A stretch of 64,000 nucleotides of DNA from Longimicrobiales bacterium (GTDB taxonomy: Bacteria; Gemmatimonadota; Gemmatimonadetes; Longimicrobiales; Gaopeijiaceae): contig OZ250165.1 of the NCBI GenBank assembly GCA_965238005.1, forward strand, positions 768,001 to 832,000, in the 5' to 3' direction. The notes beneath the pieces are model-generated. The model was not told the DNA's origin. It saw only the letters and a list, made by a program, of their open reading frames with translations, and did no database searches. Of the stretch, positions 1 to 9,941 are shown piece by piece; the first letter of the stretch is position 1; each line of letters begins with the position of its first letter. Both the position numbers and the translations under genes were made by a program.

Positions 1-4
1 CTGA

Positions 5-1687
5 ATGGATCCCGGACACATCATTTTCAGCCTCCGTGGTATCGCCACGGAGCTCAAGGAGCGTTTGCTCGCAGTTCCGGTGTACCAGCGATCCTATGCG
101 TGGACGACTGATGAGATTGGCGAGTATTGGGCAGACTTGATAGGAGCCTTCTCAGACAACGTACTCGAGTACTTCTTGGGCACGATCGTGCTGACGAAGT
201 CATCATCCTCATCTTCACGCAAGACGATCATTGATGGCCAGCAACGTCTGGCAACAACGTCAATCTTGCTGGCAGCTATACGCGACGAATTCAAGAGTCG
301 CGGGGATGAGAAACGTGCCGGGATTGTTCAACAGAAGTATCTGTCGACATCTGATCTAGCGACCGCAAGCGAGGTTGCACGTCTCACGCTTAATAGTGAC
401 GACGTGAACTTCTTTGAGCAGCACGTCATCAATGGAAAGACGTCACCCCAGCCGACAAGACCTTCGCACGAGCTAGTCCTGCAGGCACTTGTCTATTTTC
501 GAACCCAAACGGGCAGAGTCGCCGACGACGCTGGGCCGGACTGGCCGCTACGATTGACTCAGTGGGCCGACTTTCTTGAGCATCGTGTTAAGGTGATCGT
601 TCTCGAGGTTCCGACCGACGCCGATGCCTACTTGATCTTCGAGACGCTCAATGATCGTGGGGCCGATCTCACAATTGCGGACCTCTTGAAGAACTATCTC
701 TTCGGCCATGCGGGCTCGAAGCTAGATGCGGTGCGTGACGGTTGGATGATGGCACTCGGTGCTTTGGAGATCTCTGCGGAGAATGCGCTATTTACGACGT
801 TCCTCCGCCACTACTGGAGTTCAGTTCACGGCGCGGTCCGGGAGCGCGACCTCTACAAGAGTATCAAGGACCACATCGCCACTGAGACGCAGGTTCTGGA
901 ATTCATCGCTCAAATCCAGAACGGGGCCGCCCTCTATGCAGCGCTGATCAGTAGCGATCACGACTACTGGGATGACCTCGGTGGAACGGTTAAGAGGAAC
1001 GTTGAGACGCTTCTTCACCTCAACTTAGGGCAGAATCGTCCTCTACTTCTGGCTGCTCTACAGCACTTTACAGATCCAGAAAAGAAGACGTTGCTCAAGT
1101 CGCTGGTCGCTTGGTCGGTCCGAGGGTTGATCGTCGGCGGTATTGGCGGCGGCACAGCGGAAAAGGCGTATTGCGGAGCGGCCGTCAAGATCCGCCGAGG
1201 AGAGATCAAGACTACCGTCGAACTGTTGGCCGAATTGTCGCCGATTGTACCGTCGGACAACGATTTCGAGGAAGCTCTTGCTGTTGCGCGGGTTCCGAAG
1301 GCCAAGCTTGCCCGGTACTACCTCATCGCTCTCGAGAACGGAAACCAGAGTCAGGAAGAGGCGGAGTTCGTTCCCAACTCGAACGAGGATGAAGTGAACC
1401 TAGAGCACATTCTTCCAAAACGGGCCACGGCGGCAGATTGGGGCGGGCAATTCAATTCCGACGAACGACGCGATTACGTGCACCGTCTCGGAAATATGGT
1501 ACTACTCCAAAAGGGTCCGAACGGTCGAATCGGGAACAAGCCGTTCAGTGTCAAGAAGCCGATCCTCGAGCAGTCAGCATTTGCCCTGACCGCGGAAGTG
1601 GGCGCTGAGGATGATTGGACCAAGACCACGATAAGAGACCGTCAGACGACTTTGGCACAGTTGGCTGGCAAGGTCTGGCCGAGATAG
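5..1687 (+). CDS. DUF262 + DUF1524 (HNH) GmrSD/SspE-like modification-dependent nuclease
   Basis: DUF262 motifs VPVYQRSYAW, IIDGQQRL, IFETLNDRG; C-terminal LEHILPK...LGNMVLL...N HNH-like DUF1524 motif; 560 aa. Confidence 0.9.
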   Translation: MDPGHIIFSLRGIATELKERLLAVPVYQRSYAWTTDEIGEYWADLIGAFSDNVLEYFLGTIVLTKSSSSSSRKTIIDGQQRLATTSILLAAIRDEFKSRGDEKRAGIVQQKYLSTSDLATASEVARLTLNSDDVNFFEQHVINGKTSPQPTRPSHELVLQALVYFRTQTGRVADDAGPDWPLRLTQWADFLEHRVKVIVLEVPTDADAYLIFETLNDRGADLTIADLLKNYLFGHAGSKLDAVRDGWMMALGALEISAENALFTTFLRHYWSSVHGAVRERDLYKSIKDHIATETQVLEFIAQIQNGAALYAALISSDHDYWDDLGGTVKRNVETLLHLNLGQNRPLLLAALQHFTDPEKKTLLKSLVAWSVRGLIVGGIGGGTAEKAYCGAAVKIRRGEIKTTVELLAELSPIVPSDNDFEEALAVARVPKAKLARYYLIALENGNQSQEEAEFVPNSNEDEVNLEHILPKRATAADWGGQFNSDERRDYVHRLGNMVLLQKGPNGRIGNKPFSVKKPILEQSAFALTAEVGAEDDWTKTTIRDRQTTLAQLAGKVWPR

Positions 1688-1700
1688 GCTACGGTGAGGT

Positions 1701-1825
1701 GTCAAACCTTGGGTTGAGGTTGGGTGCTGCTGGCCGCCGTCCGTGATGGCCCGCATGTTCCTTAAGACATGTCTTGTTACGCGGCGGTAACTCGTTGCAG
1801 TAGAAATAGAATCCACTAGTTAGAC
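1701..1825 (+). other. degenerate attC-like recombination site
   Basis: GTCAAAC (1701-1707) ... GTTAGAC (1819-1825) with nested imperfect inverted repeats TGCTGC/GCAGTA, CCGCCG/CGGCGG, CATGT/ACATG. Confidence 0.45.
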
Positions 1826-1844
1826 AGAGGCCTAGGGGGCCGCG

Positions 1845-3107
1845 GTGTTTGAGGAGGAGCTGCTCGATCGCTTTCGCCAGAAGGCGCTCCTAGCGGCCCC
1901 ATCGATGAGATTCGCTCCCGACCTAGTGAACGAAGCCGTGGCCGTGCTCGTACACACCTTGGGCGTGGACTGGATTGAGAAAAAAGCCAAAGAACGAAGC
2001 CGCGCCCTGCCTCTTCCCATTTTGAAGCACCCGGTCGGCGGAATGATCCATACGGGCGGCGAGGTTCAGGTCGCGGAGGTACTTGAACTTTCCGAGTACC
2101 TGAAAATGGTAGCCTCCTCGACCGCCTTTCCGCTCATCGTCGCCGGGCTCAGGGCACAGTTTCGACCAACTCTGCTTCAGCTGGCGTTTTCCTACCGTAT
2201 CGAGCAAATCACGTCCGCGGCACCTATACTTGAGCCGCCAGTTTCAGGTGGACGGCTCGGCGACATCGGGTTCTCCTTGGGCGGCCAGTCGTACTTCGCT
2301 GAGTGTTATGCCCCGGGAACCAGGGCGAGGAAACTCGACGAGCTGCAATGGCTCACGTCTAAGGTGATGGCCGACGTTCAGGAGCGAGAGAATACGTATT
2401 CGGTCGCGATCCAGTTCCGGACCATCCCGGATGCCGTGGAAAGAAAGGCACTGGAAAGGCTGATCGTGCGTCTCGTGGGCGACCTAGACCCGGTCGACTG
2501 GAACGGACGTGGTTACCCCCCCTCAGTGCTCGAACAGAACGAGATCGCGCTCGTGTCAGTGTCGCGAACGCTCGTGAGCCAGCCCGGCCAGCGAGCCTTG
2601 GGGGCCCTCCACCCCGACTTCCCTGAGTTGGGAGAGCCTCAACAATTCATCGCCGTGAAGCAAGTACCGATCTCGCGGGTCAAGGCTCTCCAGTCGGATA
2701 CGCTCGGAGATCCATACCGCGACCACATCGCCATCTGGTTACCCGATGAAGATGCTGGTCTGCCGGATGTGGTCGATAAACAGGTTTTGGCCTTGCTACC
2801 GAAGCTTAGGGCAAAACTATCTCAGGCGAAGGCCCCTGGCGCGCACAGACTCTTGATCGTCGATACTTGGACGGCCGGTGCCCGGTACACCTTCTCTGAA
2901 GCTGCGAGGGCTGAGGTGGAGCGTACCCTCTTCGACAATCACTCAGACGTCGCCGGTGTACTAATGGTGACCCGACGTTACTCAGAATCGAACAAGCGAT
3001 ATCGATACGAGATGCGGGCGTGCATCAACGAAAGTGTCGGCGGTCAACCGATCTCACGACTGATTGAAGCTGAGCCTCAGTTGCTAGTGCCAGCGGTCTC
3101 CGTCTAA
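1845..3107 (+). CDS. hypothetical protein, possible PD-(D/E)xK-type nuclease; candidate gene cassette
   Basis: 420-aa ORF, GTG start; GDIGFSLGGQSYFAECY resembles a D...E-x-x restriction-fold motif; stop codon lies inside GTCTAAC. Confidence 0.55.
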   Translation: MFEEELLDRFRQKALLAAPSMRFAPDLVNEAVAVLVHTLGVDWIEKKAKERSRALPLPILKHPVGGMIHTGGEVQVAEVLELSEYLKMVASSTAFPLIVAGLRAQFRPTLLQLAFSYRIEQITSAAPILEPPVSGGRLGDIGFSLGGQSYFAECYAPGTRARKLDELQWLTSKVMADVQERENTYSVAIQFRTIPDAVERKALERLIVRLVGDLDPVDWNGRGYPPSVLEQNEIALVSVSRTLVSQPGQRALGALHPDFPELGEPQQFIAVKQVPISRVKALQSDTLGDPYRDHIAIWLPDEDAGLPDVVDKQVLALLPKLRAKLSQAKAPGAHRLLIVDTWTAGARYTFSEAARAEVERTLFDNHSDVAGVLMVTRRYSESNKRYRYEMRACINESVGGQPISRLIEAEPQLLVPAVSV

Positions 3108-3146
3108 CGTGCGATTGCTCCGTCGGGAGCGCCCTGACCGTTATGC
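3102..3146 (+). other. shortened attC-like site
   Basis: RYYYAAC = GTCTAAC (3102-3108) overlapping the upstream stop; GTTRRRY-like GTTATGC (3140-3146) 16 nt before the next ATG; only 45 bp long. Confidence 0.5.
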
Positions 3147-3162
3147 GTCACGACAAGAACTG

Positions 3163-4467
3163 ATGATTGTCTTTCTAGATACGAACGTGCTTCTGCACTA
3201 CGACTTCGAGCAGATCAACTGGGAGTCGGAACTCGGCGTGCCGGTCAGGCAGGTCGTGATTTGCTGGGTCAATGTCGAAGAACTTGACCGCCTCAAGGCG
3301 AATCATCCCAAGACAAGACGACGGGAGCGCGCTCGCCGACTACTCAGACTGGTCGTACAGACCCGAGAGGCGGGCGCACCCCATGATCTGCCCGGAGGTT
3401 CAGAACTGACGTTTTGTCCGCTTCAACCCTCGATCGATTTCCTCCAGCACAACCTCGACGCGTCCAAGCCCGACCATCGTCTAGTTGCGACTGCACTCCA
3501 GCTTCAGACGACCGAGAACATGCCGGTCACGTTGATCACTGAGGACGCAACACCGCGGCTCGCCGCAATCGAACTCGGCATTAGCGCCGTTGCCCCTCCA
3601 GTAGCCTTCCGGCTCCCAGCGTCCGATGACCCGGCTGAACAGGAGATCCGAGAGCTAAAGCGCCAGCTGGAGTTAGAACGTCACCGGAGGCCCAAGCTCT
3701 CAGTTCACTTCGACCGAACGGACGTGCTCACTCTTGCTTGGCCCCCGAACCCTATCCAAATCCATGGCCCGGTGTTGAAGGAGGTGATCGCCCAAGAGAG
3801 GGAACGCTTCCCGCAGCCCTCGCGAGGCTTTCGCGATATGGATCCAATCATGATTCCGGAAGACGCCAAACAGCTCGAGCGTCGCGTCGCACGGTACTTC
3901 CAAGAGCTGCCTGGCTCGCTCAACAAGATGAATGAACACCTTGGGGTTAGCGCGCACCTACAGCCGCTTTCCTTCGTCGTGCGGAATAGCGGATCGGCTC
4001 CGGCCACGGACGTTACGCTCGACCTGCTCTTTCCAACCGGCGTCGAGGTGCAAACCAAAGCCACAGCTCCTGCGCCGCCATCTCCACCCACGCCGCCTGA
4101 TCGATCGAAACAACCACGCCGCTTGGACCTAGTGCAGACTGCGGCGCGAGCCCTTCCATATGGCACCTGGATGGGCACGAACGTCTCGCCCGTCGCTGCG
4201 GTGCGCCAACACGATGGAACGTGGTTGGCCAAGATCCGATTCAAGAAGATCTCGCAGCTGCGAGAGGAGCACACCGACCCCGTATGGATCGAGTTCAGTG
4301 GTCAACCGCACTCGTTTTCCATCGCGGCCACGTTGCTGGCGGATGAATCCCCGGATGATATCCACGTCGAGTTGCCGGTTGTGGTCGACACCAGCCCTAT
4401 ATCACCGGAGATCACGGCGGACGACCTACTAACGGTGATCGAGCAGTTCGGCGCCGGGGGGACGTAG
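3163..4467 (+). CDS. PIN-domain ribonuclease with coiled coil and beta-rich C-terminal domain
   Basis: N-terminal MIVFLDTNVLLH, VEELDRLK, PDHRLVATA, LITED PIN motifs; start taken at ATG 3163. Confidence 0.8.
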   Translation: MIVFLDTNVLLHYDFEQINWESELGVPVRQVVICWVNVEELDRLKANHPKTRRRERARRLLRLVVQTREAGAPHDLPGGSELTFCPLQPSIDFLQHNLDASKPDHRLVATALQLQTTENMPVTLITEDATPRLAAIELGISAVAPPVAFRLPASDDPAEQEIRELKRQLELERHRRPKLSVHFDRTDVLTLAWPPNPIQIHGPVLKEVIAQERERFPQPSRGFRDMDPIMIPEDAKQLERRVARYFQELPGSLNKMNEHLGVSAHLQPLSFVVRNSGSAPATDVTLDLLFPTGVEVQTKATAPAPPSPPTPPDRSKQPRRLDLVQTAARALPYGTWMGTNVSPVAAVRQHDGTWLAKIRFKKISQLREEHTDPVWIEFSGQPHSFSIAATLLADESPDDIHVELPVVVDTSPISPEITADDLLTVIEQFGAGGT

Positions 4468-4495
4468 AGCGCAATTCCTGTTCGCAGGTCGGTGG

Positions 4496-4570
4496 GACCT
4501 CCTCGCTGAAAAGCTTCAGACCAGGTCGATCCTAACATTGCACCTGGTCTCGTTTCAGGGGGTCAGGTCA
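4496..4570 (-). mobile_element. isolated IS3-family left end
   Basis: Near-identical to 6460-6534 and the reverse complement of 32901-32975; begins TGACCTGACCCCCTGAAACGAGACCAGG. Confidence 0.85.
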
Positions 4571-4696
4571 GCCGTGGGAATGTCTAAGGACGGGGCTCAT
4601 AACAGGTGTCACACAAACTCTGACGCACATCGATTTCGGCCGGGCATGGTCAGGTGTAAGGTAGGCCAGAAGCGAGGCGGATAAAGACACTTGCCA

Positions 4697-5926
4697 TCAG
4701 AACTGCTTGCCCGCTTGGCCAGGTTCCCCGCTGAGGTAGGCGGCCCAGTCGTTCATGAGCTTGCGCCGCCGCTCGAACAGGTCGGTGCGCCGATAGGCTG
4801 CCTCGACCCTGTCCTGGACCACATGTGCGAGGGCCGCTTCGATGACCTCGCGGGGATGATCCGTCTCTTCGGCCGCCCAGTCCCGGAAGCTCGAGCGAAA
4901 ACCGTGTGGCACGGCCGCGATCCCGTGCTTCTGGAACATCCGGCGCAGTTGCTTCTCTTCGAGCTGCTTGCCGACCCGATTGGGAAACAGGAACGGGCTG
5001 GTTCCCTCCACGAGCGTCCGTGCCTCGTCCAGAATCTCCACGGCCCGGCCACACAGCGGCACCCGGTGCTCCCGGTTCGACTTCATCCGCTTAGCCGGTA
5101 CGGTCCACACGCCGTTCTCCCGATCGATCTCGGTCCACTCCGCCCACCGCACCTCGCCCCATCGCGCGGCCGTCAGTACCAGGAACTCGAATGCCAGCCG
5201 GACGGCCAGCGGAACCGTCGATTCCCGCGCCGTCCGGATGGCCGCGGCCACCTCGCGATGCGGCAAGGCCCGCATGTGCTGCACAACGTTATGCTGTGGG
5301 CCCAGGACCGGGCCAATCCGGTCACAGGGGTTGTCGATCCGGAACTCCATCGCCACCGCCCACTCCAACACCGCGCGGATGCGCTGCCGCAACCGCCGGG
5401 CGGTGTCCGCCTTCGTGTGCCAGATAGGAGCGAGGATCTCCAGCACGTCGGCGCTAGTGACCTCCGAGACCGGCATCTTCCCGATGCGCGGGAAGGCGTA
5501 CCGCTCGAAGGTCAAGATCCACTCGCGGCCGTGCGCCCGACTTCGCCAGCCGGCTTGCTTCTGTTCTACCACACGCGCGGTGGCTTCGGCGAAGCTCGGT
5601 ACGCCCTGCCTACGACGCTTCTCGGCAAGCGGGTCGCCGCCCTCGCGGGCCAGCTTACGGTTGGCCAGCGCCTTTTCCCGGGCCTCGGCGAGGGAGACCA
5701 GCGCGACGCTGCCGAGCCCGAGCTCGCGGCGCCGACCCCGGATGACCAGGCGCTGAATCCAGCTTCGGGTTCCGCTCGGCTGGACGAAGAGGTACAACCC
5801 GTTGCCGTCCGCGTGTCTTCCAGGCGGGGCAGTGCGCACGAAGGCGGCCGACAGGGCCTTGTCTGGATGGCGGCCCTTGGGCTTGGTTTTCCGCGGCGGA
5901 GTGGCCTTGTTCGTTACAGTAACCAT
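4697..5926 (-). CDS. P4-like tyrosine integrase (arm-binding DUF4102 N-terminus)
   Basis: DGNGLYLFV...SW arm domain; LTAARWGE, RMK...HRVPL, HGFRSSFRDW, LAH, AY catalytic motifs. Confidence 0.95.
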   Translation of the reverse strand: MVTVTNKATPPRKTKPKGRHPDKALSAAFVRTAPPGRHADGNGLYLFVQPSGTRSWIQRLVIRGRRRELGLGSVALVSLAEAREKALANRKLAREGGDPLAEKRRRQGVPSFAEATARVVEQKQAGWRSRAHGREWILTFERYAFPRIGKMPVSEVTSADVLEILAPIWHTKADTARRLRQRIRAVLEWAVAMEFRIDNPCDRIGPVLGPQHNVVQHMRALPHREVAAAIRTARESTVPLAVRLAFEFLVLTAARWGEVRWAEWTEIDRENGVWTVPAKRMKSNREHRVPLCGRAVEILDEARTLVEGTSPFLFPNRVGKQLEEKQLRRMFQKHGIAAVPHGFRSSFRDWAAEETDHPREVIEAALAHVVQDRVEAAYRRTDLFERRRKLMNDWAAYLSGEPGQAGKQF

Positions 5927-6076
5927 CCCCGCATAATATAGGGGATGGGAATGGATATCAATGGATGTTGTGAGCGGGGTGCGTTGCTAGTCTATGCTCG
6001 TAACTTACTGTTATCACAGTCATTTATGGACTTAACTGGACGATACTGCACACCGGTCCAGATAGTCTGCCCATTC

Positions 6077-6534
6077 CTGGGTCGTGCGTGGCTGCCCGAG
6101 CACCCGGCACGCTCTCCTCTCCGACGCCCCGAGCTGCTGACGTACACGCACCACACAACGTCGTCGGCGCTCGGGGCTCAGAAGTTTCCCTTGGCCGCTT
6201 CCTCCACGATCAGCTTGTCCAGTGTCAAGTCCGCCACTGCTCGCTTCAGGCGCCCGTTCTCGCGCTCGAGCTCCTTCAGGCGCCGTGCCTGGCTCACCTT
6301 CATCCCGCCGTACTCCCGCCTCCACCGCTAGTACGTCTGCTCGGTGATGCCGAGCTCCCGGCTGATCAGCTTCACGGATTTGCCGCGGGCCAGACCGACC
6401 TCTGCCTCCCGCAGTGCAGTGATGATCTGCTCCGGAGTGTGTCGCTTCCTTCCCATCCTGACCTCCTCGCTGAAAAGCTTCAGACCAGGCCGATCCTAAC
6501 ATTGCACCTGGTCTCGTTTCAGGGGGTCAGGTCA
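6077..6534 (-). mobile_element. truncated IS3-family element (left end, orfA with nonsense codon, start of orfB)
   Basis: orfA MGRKRHTPEQII... from 6456 with TAC>TAG relative to the 32979 copy; frameshift window GGGAAAC then LSPERRRR...SERRACRVLG; ends abruptly near 6077. Confidence 0.9.
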
Positions 6535-6543
6535 CCTCGGCTG

Positions 6544-7797
6544 CTAAAGTTGCACGATACGGGGTGCTGGGCGATTGGTATGGATTGTCACATTCGGTGG
6601 TTGTCCATCAAGCCAGACAATTTTCCATCCGGCCCATCTGAGCTCATCGAAATTTACGTCTCGTGACGGTATCGAGGCTACAGTCTGAAATCCGAAGGTC
6701 GTGGATGTGAGAAGTTCACCATAGCATTGCAGCCAGTTAGTATCTAGAGTCCAGGCCCCAGAATCGAGGATCAAGATTGTCGGTCTTGTCACGGCCAGTC
6801 GACCAGCGGCAAGCATTGCTAATTCCATCAATACTCGCGCGCATTCTGAATGCGATAATACCTGAAGAGGACGGGGACTACCGCCCTTTACAGCAGCAAG
6901 CATATGGCATCCCTCATCATCATCGTGAAACGATGCATGTGTAACATAAGGGGAGCCTCTCGACGATACGTCCTCGCACAAAGCCAATACCTCATATGGG
7001 TGTAACCGCAATGCGGTTGAAACACGATCGAGATCATTGGGCTTCTCTTCGGGAAAAAAACGTAGCACTTTGGGGAATATGACCCGCAGCGGTGTGATTG
7101 GCATCGCTGTCAATGCACCATCCAGACTGTATTTGGGCGAAGTGCCAGACAAAAAAGAGACGCTAGCCGAGTGAGTCATGGGGTCAAGATAGTTGACCTC
7201 AACGCTAACGCGGTCTAAGCCACGTGGTGTTTTTCCTGCCGACCAGCGTTCCATATAGTGGGCGTCTGTAGTTGCTGCGAGCCATTCACATAAGGCAGTC
7301 TTGCCGATGCTATTCCCACCGACGAAAAGCGTGAGTCTTGCAAACTCTATTTCGGTTGGCTCAGCTAAAAGAGGGCTCGAATGGATTTTCAGGTTCTTCA
7401 CCCATCCAAAAGGCGCATGAATTCCGCTGAGTTCTCGAGCAATCCTGGCCTCATGCAAAGCTTTGTAGCCGATTAGTAGCTCACGCGGATATTCCGCTCC
7501 TTTGTGCTTGTCAATGAGGCTGGCGTGATCCTCGCATAGCCAGACTGCATTTGCCGGGGACTTCAGCTCTTCTTTACTCAGGCCATTGGAACCGCGAGGC
7601 CCACCAGAGGCAGCGGCATAGATATGAGCGGCAATCCCAATACACGACGATTTATCGGCCTCCGCGCTGGGGCCGACCGTTATCCGATCACAGGATGGGA
7701 AACTGCACCGGAATCCAGCCCTTCGGGCCGTTAACTCCCGTGTTGTTTTAGTGAACTCGGCTTCCTTTCTTTCGCTCTTGCCCATTGGTGTTGTCAC
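6544..7797 (-). CDS. HNH nuclease fused to an ABC/AAA_21-like ATPase domain
   Basis: N-terminal CSFPSC...AAHIYAAASGGPR...NAVWLCEDH...ID HNH; then LTLFVGGNSIGKT Walker A, LSHSE signature-like motif, ILILDSG Walker B-like motif; lower GC than flanks. Confidence 0.75.
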   Translation of the reverse strand: MTTPMGKSERKEAEFTKTTRELTARRAGFRCSFPSCDRITVGPSAEADKSSCIGIAAHIYAAASGGPRGSNGLSKEELKSPANAVWLCEDHASLIDKHKGAEYPRELLIGYKALHEARIARELSGIHAPFGWVKNLKIHSSPLLAEPTEIEFARLTLFVGGNSIGKTALCEWLAATTDAHYMERWSAGKTPRGLDRVSVEVNYLDPMTHSASVSFLSGTSPKYSLDGALTAMPITPLRVIFPKVLRFFPEEKPNDLDRVSTALRLHPYEVLALCEDVSSRGSPYVTHASFHDDDEGCHMLAAVKGGSPRPLQVLSHSECARVLMELAMLAAGRLAVTRPTILILDSGAWTLDTNWLQCYGELLTSTTFGFQTVASIPSRDVNFDELRWAGWKIVWLDGQPPNVTIHTNRPAPRIVQL

Positions 7798-8109
7798 CTC
7801 TCAGAGACAATCGATGCGCCGGCCAACGCTTATTACGTGACGCTGGCCAGTATGTCTGGAGCCGTCCGTGCCGTATGGCACCTCACCCGGGATTTCCGTT
7901 GTGCCTGCCCCAGATGGGCCCCTTCTACGCCCGAAAGGCGCAGCGCTGATGAGAATCTTCTTCATCGCACCATCCTCCAGGTTCTGAGGCCGCCACGTAG
8001 CCCGCGCTGACGTGTGGCGGGCCGGAGGCCCGGGCTCCCAGGACATTCCATAGTCACCGCTCCTCACGTGTGTCCTCGTTTTGCCAAGCCGGCGTCCTTG
8101 CGTAAGCTG

Positions 8110-9485
8110 AGCTAGGATCAAAGGGTGAGTAAAAAGAGAGGCGACGTACCTTTGCGCTGAGATTTAAACCAGCGAGCCCGGGTGACAGCCCGGGGAAAGG
8201 AACGTCGCCTCATGAGAGAGGATATCGCGGGACCCCAGGGTGCGTCCAGCAGGCCGATGTGGGAGACGCTCGAGGGGATGGTTAGGGAGAAGGCGCAGGA
8301 GTTCATCCAACAGATCATGGAGGAGGAAGTCACGGGGTTGTTAGGCCGGGAGAAGTCAGAGCGCAGGAGTACGGTGGACTCGGCCGAGGGCTACCGCAAC
8401 GGATATGGCAAGCCGAGGCGGTTGGCGATGAGCTCGGGCACGATCACACTCCGACGTCCTCGGGTTCGGGGCGTCGAGGAGCGGTTCGAGAGTCGGGTGC
8501 TGCCGTTGTTCGCGAGGCGGACGAAGGAGCTGGGGCGCTCTGCTTCCGGAGCTGTATCTGCACGGACTGGCAGAGGGAGACTTCGAGCTGGCGATGCGGG
8601 GACTGCTAGGCGAGGGGGCACCGCTGTCGAAGTCTTCGATTCGGCGGCTGCGGGCGGGATGGACAAGGGAATTCGAGGAATGGAGCCAGCGTCGCCTGGA
8701 GGGCCGTGAGGTCGTCTACGTATGGGCGGACGGGATCTACGTGAAGGCAGGGCTCGAGCGGGACAAGGCGGCGCTGCTGGTGGTGCTGGGCGCGATGCGA
8801 GACGGGACGAAGGAGGTGTTGGCCCTGAGATCGGGCTACCGAGAGTCGGTCGAGTCCTGGTCGGAGGTGTTGCGGGATCTGAAGGCACGCGGCATCGAGG
8901 CGCCCCGGCTTCTGATGGCGGACGGTAACGCGGCGATCTGGGGCGCAGTAGGGCAGGTATGGCCTGAGGCGGGCGAGCAACGGTGCTGGAACCACAAGAT
9001 GAGGAACGTGCTGGACCGGCTGCCGCAGCGGGAGCAGAGCGAGGCGAAGGACCTTCTCAGGACCGTGGTCTACGCACCGAGGCGGTCCGAGGCGGTGAGG
9101 GCCCGTGAGGCGTTCGCCAGACGCTACAGGCCGTGGTATCCGAAAGCAGTGGACGTACTCGAGGACGACTGGGAGCGGATGGTGGCCTTCTACGACTTCC
9201 CCGAGGATCACTGGAAGCATCTGCGCACGACGAACGTGGTCGAGAGCCCGTTCGCCGCGGTACGGCTCAGAACCACGGCTGCGAAGCGGTTCAAGCGAGT
9301 GGAGAGCGCTACGGCGCTGATCTGGAAGTTACTCTTGGTGGCCGAGAAGCGGTTCCGAAAGCTCGACGCTCCTCACCTCCTCAAGGACGTGTTTGAAGGA
9401 AGAAAGTTCGAAGACGGAAAGCCCGTCTCAACCCAACAGCGGAAGAATGCCGCCTGATACGTTTACACACCTATTGACCCAACCT
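8110..9485 (+). mobile_element. IS256-family element, copy 1 (frameshifted transposase)
   Basis: YRNGY, YVWADG, LMADG, QRCWNHK, TTNVVES motifs; imperfect IRs AGCTAGGATCAAAGGGTGAGTAAA / AGGTTGGGTCAATAGGTGTGTAAA; extra G near 8532-8535 relative to copy 2. Confidence 0.92.
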
Positions 9486-9560
9486 CCCCCCGCGTGGGCG
9501 GGGATAGACCCCACGGGTACGCAGTGGGCGATAGGGTGATACCGGCTCCCCTGCGTGGGC
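9486..9560 (+). CRISPR. orphan type I-E-like repeat-spacer-partial repeat remnant
   Basis: CCCCCGCGTGGGCGGGGATAGACCC, 32-nt spacer, then GGCTCCCCTGCGTGGGC; GCGTGGGC recurs at 9492 and 9553 (period 61 nt); no cas genes in window. Confidence 0.6.
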
Positions 9561-9884
9561 TGGCTTACGCACCGAACGGTGCTCGGAACCAGCCCGGCGG
9601 GCGCGGCCGAAGCGGCGGGGGAGGGCCTCGGCTGTGGCCCGTCCAGATAGGCCCGCCCGAGCTATCTGCCGCAGTAACGCGGCTGCGGACTGCCGCAGAC
9701 CCGGAACACGCACTCCGGTTCGACGATTCCCAGAATCGTTCGTGCGCAGGGCCGACGTCCGGTCAAGATCCGTCCCCCTTTGACCGAGCCCTCGGTGAAG
9801 GCCGGCCGGGGCGTTCGACGAGCCGCTGGCGGCGGTGTCCAACAGCTCGCGTACCGTACTGAACGTCTCTGACCGCCACAGGTG

Positions 9885-9941
9885 CTTAGGATATTTCCTA
9901 CGGGTTGACTTCCTTGCAAACGGCTCTTCACTGTTCCGGGC
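9885..9941 (+). promoter_or_regulatory. conserved promoter of the HTH-AlpA module (copy 1)
   Basis: TTCCTACGGGTTGAC...CAAACGG.TCTTC motif shared with 22808-22862, 52480-52535 and 53420-53468; TTGA starts 37 nt before ATG. Confidence 0.65.

Noticed and set aside
4691..5941. 416-aa + strand ORF (and similar 19362-20552, 20593-21762)
   Set aside because: Antisense shadows of the integrase genes in high-GC DNA; no motifs
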